Source: Candidatus Levyibacteriota bacterium (lineage in GTDB: Bacteria > Patescibacteriota > Microgenomatia > Levybacterales > UBA12049). Taken from it: a DNA stretch of 64,000 nucleotides. The notes beneath the pieces were generated by a model. It saw nothing but the letters and a program-made list of their open reading frames with translations. It made no database searches and was not told where the DNA came from. The DNA is taken from contig JAYRIM010000023.1 in NCBI GenBank assembly GCA_041906785.1, positions 64,019-128,018 of the forward strand, in the 5' to 3' direction. The translations under genes and the position numbers were made by a program. Shown piece after piece: positions 19,826 through 28,937 of the stretch. Numbering within the stretch: the stretch's first letter is position 1; each line of letters starts with the position of its first letter.

Positions 19826-21262
19826 ATGCCTTCTCTACTTTCAAAAATACCAAAAGATAAAAGACGATTTTTTTCTTCGCTATTAAATGGATATTTCTGG
19901 TTTATCTGTGGTGTTACGTTCGGTCTATTCTTTTTTATAAGCTTTCTTTACATCGTCCATAAAAATACATATCAATCGAAAATTTATCCTGGTGTATATG
20001 TCGACGGAAAAGATTTTGGAGGCAAAACGAAAGAACAGTTAGAAGATTATTTCCAGAAAAAAAACGAGAAAATACAACAATCCTTAATCATTTTTACGCT
20101 TGGAGATAAAGAGGCAACGGTATCAGCAAAAGAGCTTGAATTCGGATATAATCCTACGCTCCTGGCTGATCAGGCTTATAGCATAGGAAGAAGTTCTAAT
20201 ATGTTTTCTAATTTTAGTCTTATCACCCAAGCGTATTTTTCAGGTATTTATCTTCCTGCTACCTATCAATATCAAGTAGAGAAACTTGATGAACTTTTGA
20301 AACCCTTAAGAGATCTTGTGTATGCTGAACCAGTTGATGCAAGGTTTTCCTTTGAAGATGGTCGTGTAAAAGAGTTTAAGACTTCTTCAGATGGAAAGGA
20401 TATTGATATGGAAGTACTGAAATTACGTTTTTCAGAAAAAACACTGTCTGTTATTCGTGCTGAGAAACCTTTACGGTTAGTTATTCCTGTACCTGTCAAA
20501 ATCCTTAAACCAAAAGTTACTACTAATGAAGTGAACGACATAGGAATTACTGAGCTAGTGGCGAGTGGTTCTTCTCTCTTCGTCGGATCAATTCCTAATA
20601 GGATTTATAATATTACACTTGCAGCAACAAGGTTAAATGGCATACTGATTAAGCCAGATGAAATATTCTCTTTTAATAAAGCAATTGGTGATATCTCAAC
20701 ATTTACAGGGTATAAACAAGCATATGTCATCCAAAATGGGAGAACTGTTCTCGGTGATGGAGGAGGCGTATGTCAAGTTTCAACTACTCTTTTTAGAGCG
20801 GCATTAAACGCTGGACTTCCTATAATTGAGAGAAATCCACATGCTTATCGAGTGAGTTATTATGAGCAGGATCAAGGTCCGGGTCTTGATGCATCTATCT
20901 ATGTACCAACAAATGATTTTCGTTTCAAAAATGATACTGGCCATTATTTACTTATTCAAACGATTGTTGATCCTAACACTGGAAGTTTGACTTTCGAGCT
21001 GTATGGAACGAAGGATAATAGAGAAGTTACTATTTCTAAACCAGTCATTACATCAGTAACTTCTTCACCAGAACCACTTTATATTGATGATCCAACAATG
21101 CCTAAAGGAGAAGTTAAACAAATAGATTATGCAGTGTCAGGCGCGACAGTGTATTTTACGAGAGAAGTTAAGAAAGATGGACAAGTTATACTTTCAGATC
21201 GATTTAATTCTAATTATCGTGCATGGCAAGCAGTCTATTTACGAGGAACGAAAGAAGGATAA
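19826..21262 (+). CDS. VanW family protein with peptidoglycan-binding-type region
   Basis: R.YNI.LAA.RLNG.LIKP.E.FSFN, GGGVCQVSTTLFRAALNAGL. Confidence 0.92.
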   Translation: MPSLLSKIPKDKRRFFSSLLNGYFWFICGVTFGLFFFISFLYIVHKNTYQSKIYPGVYVDGKDFGGKTKEQLEDYFQKKNEKIQQSLIIFTLGDKEATVSAKELEFGYNPTLLADQAYSIGRSSNMFSNFSLITQAYFSGIYLPATYQYQVEKLDELLKPLRDLVYAEPVDARFSFEDGRVKEFKTSSDGKDIDMEVLKLRFSEKTLSVIRAEKPLRLVIPVPVKILKPKVTTNEVNDIGITELVASGSSLFVGSIPNRIYNITLAATRLNGILIKPDEIFSFNKAIGDISTFTGYKQAYVIQNGRTVLGDGGGVCQVSTTLFRAALNAGLPIIERNPHAYRVSYYEQDQGPGLDASIYVPTNDFRFKNDTGHYLLIQTIVDPNTGSLTFELYGTKDNREVTISKPVITSVTSSPEPLYIDDPTMPKGEVKQIDYAVSGATVYFTREVKKDGQVILSDRFNSNYRAWQAVYLRGTKEG

Positions 21263-21266
21263 GGAG

Positions 21267-21360
21267 AATGTCAAATTTCCAATGTCAAATTCCAAATGAC
21301 AAATGAACTTTCCCTTATTATTTGAAACTTGATATTTGGAATTGGTATTTATTTGAAATT
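21267..21360. repeat. Inverted heptamer arrays (AATGTCA / TTTGAAA type)
   Basis: aatgtca aatttcc aatgtca aattcca aatgaca aatgaac ... tttgaaa cttgata tttggaa ttggtat. Confidence 0.8.
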
Positions 21361-21368
21361 TCACACCT

Positions 21369-21857
21369 ATGGAAAAAAAAATTGTAAGATTTGAGGAATC
21401 AGTAAACCTTACAAAACAACTACACAATAATGGAAAAAAAATTGTTGTGGCTGGTGGTTGTTTTGACATTCTGCATGTCGGACATATATCCTTTCTAGAA
21501 AATGCAAAAAAAGCTGGTGATATCCTTATAGTCTTTCTAGAAAGTGATAAACACATTGAACAGATGAAAGGAATTGGTAGACCGATTAATACTCAAATCG
21601 ATCGAGCAAGACTGCTAGCAGCGTTATCAATAGTAGATTATATTATTTTACTTCCTGATAATGTCAGTGACCAACTCTACGATTCTCTGATTTTAGATAC
21701 TAAACCTGCTATAATCGCTACAACCCAACCGGATGTAAATAGAAGGCATAAGGAACGACAAGCCAAAATGGTTGGGGGGACCGTAGTAGACGTAATCCCG
21801 AAAATTGAAAATCAATCGACGTCCCGTATAGCATCATTACTGGAAAAAGAAATATAG
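21369..21857 (+). CDS. Cytidylyltransferase-family protein (TagD/RfaE-II-like)
   Basis: GGCFDILHVGH, KG.GRPIN, STSRI. Confidence 0.88.
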   Translation: MEKKIVRFEESVNLTKQLHNNGKKIVVAGGCFDILHVGHISFLENAKKAGDILIVFLESDKHIEQMKGIGRPINTQIDRARLLAALSIVDYIILLPDNVSDQLYDSLILDTKPAIIATTQPDVNRRHKERQAKMVGGTVVDVIPKIENQSTSRIASLLEKEI

Positions 21858-21858
21858 T

Positions 21859-22314
21859 ATGACAAGAAATAAAATATTTTTTATTGGCATTACTATCGTT
21901 TTATTAGCTGTTGTATTTCTCTCTTACGCGAAAGTACAAATGCTCTGGAATAAAACCGCTGTTATTAATGGGAAAACAATTACGCTCGACATTGCTAAAA
22001 CTCCTGATGAGCTGCAGAAAGGTTTATCTATTTACGACAAACTTCCCTCAGATAAAGGAATGCTTTTTCTGTTTAATAAGCCGGGAAGATATCAATTCTG
22101 GATGAAGGACATGAAATTTCCTATTGATATTATTTATTTAGATAATGAAAAAGTGGTTACTATTTTTGAAAATGTACCACATAAAATAGACAATGTGGCA
22201 AATCTGAATTTATACCAGCCTACACAACCAGCTACGCGTGTCTTGGAATTAAATGCAGGAAAGTCGAAAGAATTAAAACTGAAAGAAGGAGATACTATAA
22301 AATTAAATATTTAG
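21859..22314 (+). CDS. DUF192 protein
   Basis: GMLFLF.....FWMKDMKFPIDIIY, VLELNAG. Confidence 0.9.
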   Translation: MTRNKIFFIGITIVLLAVVFLSYAKVQMLWNKTAVINGKTITLDIAKTPDELQKGLSIYDKLPSDKGMLFLFNKPGRYQFWMKDMKFPIDIIYLDNEKVVTIFENVPHKIDNVANLNLYQPTQPATRVLELNAGKSKELKLKEGDTIKLNI

Positions 22315-22324
22315 AAAGAATTAG

Positions 22325-23218
22325 TTAAAACCATCCCTTATTTTTTTGTCCTTCGTTTTCAAACTCTTCAAGCAACTCTTTTTGTCTCTTCGTGAGCTTT
22401 TGTGGAATAGCAATCTTTATTCGCACATAATGATCTCCACGTCCCTGTCGTCGAAGAAGAGGAACACCTTTTCCACGTAAACGGATAAGCGTGCCCGGCT
22501 GCGTTCCTTCAGGAACACGTATTGTCACCTCACCATCAATTGTTTGTACAGGTAGTTCTGTTCCCACTGAAGCTTTCGCAAACGAAATTGTTTCTTCAGT
22601 AATAATATCTGCACCTTCTCTTTGGAATCGACTGTCAGAAGTAACATCTATAACGATATCATATGTATCAAATCGAATCCGAGAGCCTGAGTCTACTCCA
22701 GCTGGAATTTTAATTTTTTGTTTTTTACCTTCAATTGTTACTTCTTTCTCTACACCTTTTACTGCATCCATAAAAGAAATTGTTAGTGAATAAATAGGTC
22801 GCCTCTGTCGAGAACCGAATGGTGCACCACCAAAAAATTGTTCAAATATATCAAAAGGATCAGAAAATCCACCAAAGTCAAAACCTGCACCATCTCCTCC
22901 AGTTGAATACGTATATGTAAATGGACCGTACTGACCCGTTCTATTCCCACCAAACGGCCCCTGCCCGCCTTGAGCTCCGCCGAAGGGTCCAGCACCTTGT
23001 TCAAAAGCAGCTGCACCGAACTGATCATATGTTTGTCTTTTTTGCGGATCAGATAAAACCTCATACGCTTGTGTTACTTCTTTAAATTTGACTTCAGCTT
23101 CTTTTGTTTTGTTTCGATCAGGATGATACTGTAACGCTAGTTTGCGATATGCTCTTTTGATTTCATCTGCACTCGCATTTTTTGTAACCCCTAATGTTTG
23201 ATAATAATCTTTAGCCAT
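22325..23218 (-). CDS. dnaJ: DnaJ-class chaperone without zinc finger
   Basis: J-domain with HPD, G/F region, C-terminal domain; no CxxCxGxG repeats. Confidence 0.88.
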   Translation of the reverse strand: MAKDYYQTLGVTKNASADEIKRAYRKLALQYHPDRNKTKEAEVKFKEVTQAYEVLSDPQKRQTYDQFGAAAFEQGAGPFGGAQGGQGPFGGNRTGQYGPFTYTYSTGGDGAGFDFGGFSDPFDIFEQFFGGAPFGSRQRRPIYSLTISFMDAVKGVEKEVTIEGKKQKIKIPAGVDSGSRIRFDTYDIVIDVTSDSRFQREGADIITEETISFAKASVGTELPVQTIDGEVTIRVPEGTQPGTLIRLRGKGVPLLRRQGRGDHYVRIKIAIPQKLTKRQKELLEEFENEGQKNKGWF

Positions 23219-24191
23219 ATACTCTCCCTTTCTCAAACAAAATTATACCATTTTCTCCTTTTCTTCGTTGCCTTTCCAATCGATCACCTTTATATTTTCC
23301 AACCGTAAATTCATCCAGCGTCATGGGGCGTAAGACTCTCTGCTCCATGATAGCTACTTGTCTATTTCTCACCGCTTGTGCTGTAGGAACTTTCGGATCA
23401 TGAAATACTACTACCTCACCCACATGTAATCCATGGCTGTCAGATCCCGCATCAACCCCACCCAATAAATGTTGATATTTTTGAAAAATAACCTTAGCTC
23501 TTTTATTTGAGCTATATGATGGAAGTACGTTTTCTACCCGCCCACTCAATCCTTGAAGTAATCGATGTTTACCGATAAGTTTGCGTACTGTTCTTGATAC
23601 GTTATCTACATGGACGGAAGCCCCGTTATGAACTTCTATATTAAACTTATCTCTTATATTTGCCCCATCTCTACCCCAAGCGGCTATTAAAGCTACTATT
23701 TCAGCTTCTGTCATTGAAATATCACCCAATTCTGGATGAGCTATAGATACCATAACATCTTCCCATCCTGTCTGAGATCTCCTGCGAGAATTAACCTCTC
23801 GTAGTAATTCCGATACTGGAGCATTGGTTAACGGTGGTGAAGATTCACCAGAGAAATTCCAAATACGAATATGTCGTGGCGCCCATTGTTTTCTTTTTAG
23901 GTCATACATTAACTCGCTTATCGCTGTACTTTCTACACCAGGTATGAGTTTTATACCTATTTTTCGAGCTATCTCTATAGCATCAGGAATATGATGAGTC
24001 ATATCATGATCAGTCAAGCCAACGATATCTACACCTTGCCTTGCAGCATCATCAAGAATATCTTCAGTATTTCTTACTGCATCCGCCCCAGGGTTAACAT
24101 GGACATGCAAATCAGCTGCAACCATACCTGAAACGTACGGAATACCATATTGATGAATATAGGTTGCTTGCACATACTCTGCCGACATCAT
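23211..24191 (-). CDS. PHP-domain metallophosphoesterase
   Basis: DLHVH, LTDHD, IPGVE, IAHP, GSDSH. Confidence 0.82.
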   Translation of the reverse strand: MMSAEYVQATYIHQYGIPYVSGMVAADLHVHVNPGADAVRNTEDILDDAARQGVDIVGLTDHDMTHHIPDAIEIARKIGIKLIPGVESTAISELMYDLKRKQWAPRHIRIWNFSGESSPPLTNAPVSELLREVNSRRRSQTGWEDVMVSIAHPELGDISMTEAEIVALIAAWGRDGANIRDKFNIEVHNGASVHVDNVSRTVRKLIGKHRLLQGLSGRVENVLPSYSSNKRAKVIFQKYQHLLGGVDAGSDSHGLHVGEVVVFHDPKVPTAQAVRNRQVAIMEQRVLRPMTLDEFTVGKYKGDRLERQRRKGENGIILFEKGRVYG

Positions 24192-24199
24192 ATTTTGCC

Positions 24200-24238
24200 A
24201 AAAAAAACCTCGTGTTAAGAGGTATAATCTACGAGGTT
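24200..24238 (-). terminator. Possible intrinsic terminator after dnaK
   Basis: AACCUCGU/ACGAGGUU stem with a 17-nt loop followed by a U run. Confidence 0.5.
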
Positions 24239-24257
24239 ATAAGAACAATGATGAGGT

Positions 24258-26174
24258 TTATTCAACAACTTCACCTTCTACAGGTTCATCACCTTTTTTA
24301 TCTTTTGTTTCATCTCTCCCTGGCTCTTTGGTCTCTTCTGTTCCTGGCGTTTCTTGTTGTCCTCCATTTTGTGGTGAGCTTGTCGAACCATACATCGCCT
24401 GCCCTATTTTTTGTAAGCTTTCAGAGAGATCTCGTGTCTTCATCTCTAGATCTTCTTTTGAACCTGATTCGAGAATACCTTTTAATACTGAGATTTTTTC
24501 TTCTATTTCTTTTTTAACATCTTCAGCTACTTTATCCCCCGCATCTTTTAAGGATTTTTCTGCCGTGAATATCATAGCGTCTGCTTGATTCCGTGTTTCG
24601 ACTCGAGCTTTCTTTTCTTCATCTTCTTTCGAGTGCAGCTCTGCTTCTTTCGTCATTTTCTCAACTTCTTCTTTCGAAAGACCAGTAGAACCTGTTATTT
24701 TAATACTTTGTTCTTTACCTGTTGCTTTATCTTTTGCAGTAACATGTAAGATACCATTTGCATCAATGTCAAATGTTACTTCAACCTGTGGCATACCACG
24801 CGGTGCTGGAGGAATACCATCGAGAATAAATCTACCCAATGATTTATTATCACCAGCCATTGGCCGTTCTCCTTGAAGAATATTTATTTCTACTTGTGTT
24901 TGATTATCTGCTGCCGTTGAAAAGACTTGTGATTTTGTTGTTGGAATTGTCGTATTTCTTGGAATTAGTGGGGTAGAAACACCACCAAGTGTTTCTAAAC
25001 CGAGCGTTAACGGAGTAACGTCAAGGAGAAGAACATCTTTTACTTCGCCACCGAGTACTCCTCCCTGTACTGCTGCTCCAATTGCGACAACCTCATCAGG
25101 ATTTACAGATTTGTTAGGTTCTTTTCCGAAAAACTTCGTGACGACTTCTACTACTTTCGGCATACGTGTCATACCTCCCACGAGTACAACTTCATCGACT
25201 TGTTTTTCTGTTATACCAGCATCTTTCAAGGCAAGCCGTACTGGATCTAAGGTCTTCTGGATTAACTCATCAACAATCGACTCTAATTTCGCCCGAGTCA
25301 AAGTCATGGTTAAATGCAATGGACCTTCTTTCCCTTGTGTAATAAATGGTTGGTTAATTTGTGCTTCCTGGGATGATGAAAGTTCTATTTTTGCTTTCTC
25401 TGCAGATTCTTTCAGACGTTGTAATGCTTGAGGATCTTTTCGTAAATCAATACCATTTTCTTTTTGAAATTCTGTGGCAATATATTCAATTATTTTCTGA
25501 TCAAAATCATCTCCACCGAGATGTGTATCTCCATTTGTTGACTTTACTTCATATACACCTTCTCCAAGTTCGAGGATAGAAATATCAAATGTACCTCCGC
25601 CCAAATCATATACTGCAATTGTATGTGCATTCTTTTTATCTAATCCATACGCAAGCGCTGCTGCTGTAGGTTCATTGATAATACGTTTAACATCTAACCC
25701 AGCGATTTCGCCTGCCTGTTTTGTTGCTTGTCTCTGACTATCATCAAAATATGCTGGAACAGTAATAACTGCTTCAGTTACTTTCGAACCGAGATAGCTT
25801 TCAGCATCTGCTTTAATTTTTTGCAGAATCATTGCTGAAATTTCCTGAGGTGTGTATGTTTTTCCTTCTACCTCAACCACAGCCATGTCATCACGTCCAG
25901 CTTTTACTGTATACGGTAGCCATTTCATGTCTCGCTGAACAGATTCATCATGGAATTTTTTCCCCATTAGTCGTTTTATAGAAAAAATAGTTCGTTTTGG
26001 TTTTAAGACCATCTGACGTTTTGCCACATCTCCCACGACACGACTCACTGGATCTACAACAGATGGGATAACATTTCTTCCTTCTGCTGAATGGATCACT
26101 TTAGGCTGTCCGCCTTCCATGACCGCTACACATGAATTTGTTGTTCCTAAATCAATCCCTATAATTTTTCCCAT
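24258..26174 (-). CDS. dnaK: Chaperone DnaK
   Basis: [40 protein letters not shown]. Confidence 0.99.
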   Translation of the reverse strand: MGKIIGIDLGTTNSCVAVMEGGQPKVIHSAEGRNVIPSVVDPVSRVVGDVAKRQMVLKPKRTIFSIKRLMGKKFHDESVQRDMKWLPYTVKAGRDDMAVVEVEGKTYTPQEISAMILQKIKADAESYLGSKVTEAVITVPAYFDDSQRQATKQAGEIAGLDVKRIINEPTAAALAYGLDKKNAHTIAVYDLGGGTFDISILELGEGVYEVKSTNGDTHLGGDDFDQKIIEYIATEFQKENGIDLRKDPQALQRLKESAEKAKIELSSSQEAQINQPFITQGKEGPLHLTMTLTRAKLESIVDELIQKTLDPVRLALKDAGITEKQVDEVVLVGGMTRMPKVVEVVTKFFGKEPNKSVNPDEVVAIGAAVQGGVLGGEVKDVLLLDVTPLTLGLETLGGVSTPLIPRNTTIPTTKSQVFSTAADNQTQVEINILQGERPMAGDNKSLGRFILDGIPPAPRGMPQVEVTFDIDANGILHVTAKDKATGKEQSIKITGSTGLSKEEVEKMTKEAELHSKEDEEKKARVETRNQADAMIFTAEKSLKDAGDKVAEDVKKEIEEKISVLKGILESGSKEDLEMKTRDLSESLQKIGQAMYGSTSSPQNGGQQETPGTEETKEPGRDETKDKKGDEPVEGEVVE

Positions 26175-26189
26175 ATGTTCCTTTCAGTC

Positions 26190-26251
26190 AATCTAAAAAA
26201 TAAAAAATCAAATCTAAAATATCTTTGAGATTTAATCTTTAATTTTTTATT
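26190..26251. repeat. Inverted AT-rich heptamer arrays
   Basis: aatctaa aaaataa aaaatca aatctaa ... tttgaga tttaatc tttaatt ttttatt between grpE and dnaK. Confidence 0.6.
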
Positions 26252-26766
26252 TAACTTCCACTCCCTACTGTTACTTGTGCTGGCCTTAATATTTTATCAT
26301 GTAACAGATATCCTGCCCGTAACTCTTTAATAACCGTATTCTCCTTCCCTTCTTCTGTCGTAACAGCCTCCATAAGATGAGGATCAAACTCTTTCCCTAC
26401 TGTTTCAATCTTCGTAACACCTTCTGTTTTTAAAACATCGAGAAACTGGCCAATACTCACTGCAAGATTTTTATCATCGCTATGCAATTGTGCAAGCATG
26501 AGCGTATCTAAAACAGGAAGTATTCGTAAAAGCAACTCTCGATTTGCAGACCGAATCCATTCTGTACGCTGCTCTCGCATCCATTTCTCTTGGTTTTGAT
26601 AATCAGCAACTGCTCGTTTCCACTTCGCTTCTAGATCTCTTACTTGCTCTTCCAACTCCGCAACCTTTCTACTCTGTTTTCCCTTTGTCTCTTCTGGCCC
26701 TTTTGTCTCCTTTATTTCCGCCTGCTGATTATCAGTGTTGTCATTTTGTTTTTCGTCTTTTGCCAT
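26251..26766 (-). CDS. grpE: Nucleotide exchange factor GrpE
   Basis: RAVADYQN, LPVLD, FDPHLMEAV, GYLLHDKILRPAQVTV. Confidence 0.97.
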   Translation of the reverse strand: MAKDEKQNDNTDNQQAEIKETKGPEETKGKQSRKVAELEEQVRDLEAKWKRAVADYQNQEKWMREQRTEWIRSANRELLLRILPVLDTLMLAQLHSDDKNLAVSIGQFLDVLKTEGVTKIETVGKEFDPHLMEAVTTEEGKENTVIKELRAGYLLHDKILRPAQVTVGSGS

Positions 26767-26807
26767 TTTACAATTTTTATCTTTTAATTTTAACTTTTAA
26801 TTTACTA

Positions 26808-27551
26808 CTACCATCCTCTCACTATTTCAGGAATTAATATTTTAATGGTTCTCACTGTTGGAACAATATTCGTATAATTCAAACGGACAGGACCTATCAC
26901 TCCGATTATCCCTTTATGCTGCATTGGCGTTTGATAAGTGCTATATACTAAACTGTATGGACCTTGGAGCATAGATCCTAATTCATCTCCTAATAAAATA
27001 TGAACATCCTCATCTGTTTCTTCTGATTGCTGCAAAAGCTGTTGAATGTAATCTGCACTATCAATCGCCTCAAGTAAATTCTTTGTGACGTCGATATCAT
27101 AAAACTCTGGCATATCGAGAATATGAGCATAACCAGAACAATATAATTCCCCTTCATCAGTCGTCGCGATAGCAAGTGTCTTTGTTTTTTCTGCTAATGA
27201 ACGCGTCACTTCCCGCAGAAAGCGATTAGCTTGATCTCGATAATCCCACACTCGTTCTTTTAATGCAACCTCTTCTCCTACAGATAGCTCTTTTTCCTTC
27301 ATGAGCTCACTCACATAGAACTTCATACCGTTCGGAGTGGGCATTCTGCCTGCAGAAGAGTGCGGTTTTTGCAGGTAACCTAATTCTGTTAATCTAACCA
27401 TCTCGTTCCGAATAGTAGCTGGAGATGCACTAATACTGTGTCTTTTTTCGAGTGTTTCAGAACCAACCGGCTCTGCTGTCTTAATGTACTCTTCGATAAG
27501 CGCTTTTAGAATTTCTATTTGTCGTTGTGTTAAATTCTGTAGTCCTTCCAT
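26808..27551 (-). CDS. hrcA: Heat-inducible repressor HrcA, short form
   Basis: YIKTAEPVGS, SPATIRNEM..L...GYL.KPHSSAGRMPT, GVIGPVRLNY. Confidence 0.96.
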   Translation of the reverse strand: MEGLQNLTQRQIEILKALIEEYIKTAEPVGSETLEKRHSISASPATIRNEMVRLTELGYLQKPHSSAGRMPTPNGMKFYVSELMKEKELSVGEEVALKERVWDYRDQANRFLREVTRSLAEKTKTLAIATTDEGELYCSGYAHILDMPEFYDIDVTKNLLEAIDSADYIQQLLQQSEETDEDVHILLGDELGSMLQGPYSLVYSTYQTPMQHKGIIGVIGPVRLNYTNIVPTVRTIKILIPEIVRGW

Positions 27552-27600
27552 AAATATAGTGTTAGTCTAATAATTCAATCGAAATGTTTCGTAATGAAGA

Positions 27601-27637
27601 TTAGCAAAATAATAACACGACTGCCAAAGCCTGTCAA
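27601..27637 (-). promoter_or_regulatory. hrcA operon promoter overlapped by a CIRCE-like operator
   Basis: Minus strand TTGACA (27637-32), 17 nt, TATTAT (27614-09); TTGGCAGTC-N9-TTTTGCTAA (27627-27601) versus consensus TTAGCACTC-N9-GAGTGCTAA. Confidence 0.75.
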
Positions 27638-27713
27638 GTCCGGTATGCTTTCTCTTTCTTTTTTCTTACTCTTCTGTAACGCATCTATAAAATATTGTCG
27701 GTATATTTTTTAT

Positions 27714-28130
27714 ATGTTTGCATTACTCGTTGTCGTATTATTCGGTATTTTATTTTCGTTCTTTGCGACACAAAACACTCAAGGTGTCGGCATTCAATTA
27801 TTCCAATATCATTATGGTAATGTCCCTCTCTATCTTATAGCCCTTATCTCTCTTCTTCTCGGAGTATTTATCTCATGGCTTCTTAGTGTTATAGAATGGG
27901 CTTCAACGTCCCTAACACTTCATGGAAAAGATATGCATATTAAAAAATCTGAAAAAGCGATCGAGCATCTCCAACAAAGAATTTATGAACTTGAAAGAAA
28001 AAATGCTTTATTACAACATGAAAAGGAAGATGTGAAAGAAGACGCAAAAGAAGAAATACATGATGCGAAAGAAGAACAAATGCATCGTGGAAGCTTCTTC
28101 GACCACTTCCGCCACAAACCCGCAATTTAG
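27714..28130 (+). CDS. LapA (DUF1049) family membrane protein
   Basis: FATQNTQ.V.IQLF....VPL.LI.L..LLLG then coiled coil; start placed at MFALL. Confidence 0.8.
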   Translation: MFALLVVVLFGILFSFFATQNTQGVGIQLFQYHYGNVPLYLIALISLLLGVFISWLLSVIEWASTSLTLHGKDMHIKKSEKAIEHLQQRIYELERKNALLQHEKEDVKEDAKEEIHDAKEEQMHRGSFFDHFRHKPAI

Positions 28131-28140
28131 ATTTTCTCTC

Positions 28141-28923
28141 TCAATGTTCTTCTTCAATGAATTGCATTAATCTTATTAGTTCCTTATAAATATTCATTGT
28201 TCCATACTCATCATGCAAATCTGCCGTATCTCTTCTTTCTTGAGCTTCAGATTTTGTTAATTCCCTCGTTCGACCTGCATACGGTGTGAATGTATAAGTT
28301 AGTTGCCCTTCTTCAGCCTGTCTTGCGGTAAATAAACCGAAATGTCTTGTATCTAACATTGTAGTACCTCCAAAAGGATCTCTTGAATCATTAAATCCTA
28401 AAACATGTGCCTCTTCTATCTCATCAGGGTAATATACTTTAGCAATTGTCTGCATAACAAGAGGGAATTCAAAACAATTTGTTCTTCCATGCAGGGCTCT
28501 ATCTACTACTGAACCAAAATTTCCGAAGAAACCTGCTTTCACCATTGCTAGTGGATTTGCACCAAGGTTAACCGACAAATGTGGATATATATTTCCATTT
28601 TTTTTATTTAATTCATCTAATACAGAAAAAAAGTTTTTCTTTGGTAAATTCGCTAACTGTAACTCTTCGCGTAGCACTTGTGACGTCGCTGCAGATACTC
28701 CTGAAATATATGGATCACATGATTTTGTTGCAGGCTGCAATGTAGTATATCGCATTAATGCATGTATAAATTGTTTTTCATGAGATCTCAACGAAGGATT
28801 TCGTTCAATTCTTAGCAGATCTGTAGCTTGAATTGCTTTTGCTTCATGAACAGATTGTGTGATGCTATCTCTTTCTCCTCTAAACATGAAGCACATTCTA
28901 GTAGAAACCGTATCTGAGAGCAA
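28141..28923 (-). CDS. Hypothetical protein
   Basis: 260-aa ORF filling the gap; start uncertain; possible Cys...His catalytic pair. Confidence 0.65.
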   Translation of the reverse strand: MLSDTVSTRMCFMFRGERDSITQSVHEAKAIQATDLLRIERNPSLRSHEKQFIHALMRYTTLQPATKSCDPYISGVSAATSQVLREELQLANLPKKNFFSVLDELNKKNGNIYPHLSVNLGANPLAMVKAGFFGNFGSVVDRALHGRTNCFEFPLVMQTIAKVYYPDEIEEAHVLGFNDSRDPFGGTTMLDTRHFGLFTARQAEEGQLTYTFTPYAGRTRELTKSEAQERRDTADLHDEYGTMNIYKELIRLMQFIEEEH

Positions 28924-28937
28924 TAGTATACATTTAC

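Noticed and set aside
19826-21262. Vancomycin resistance cluster
   Set aside because: Lone VanW-domain protein; no vanHAX or vanRS.
21239-21556. Antisense and alternate-frame ORFs in the track (also 2063-2380, 2081-2392, 4928-5317, 14725-15570, 35100-35651, 56799-57017)
   Set aside because: They overlap well-supported genes, rnpB or repeat arrays and have no recognisable motifs.
26773-26805. TTTTAA-type repeats between hrcA and grpE
   Set aside because: Almost pure A/T with irregular period and no second arm; could be compositional.
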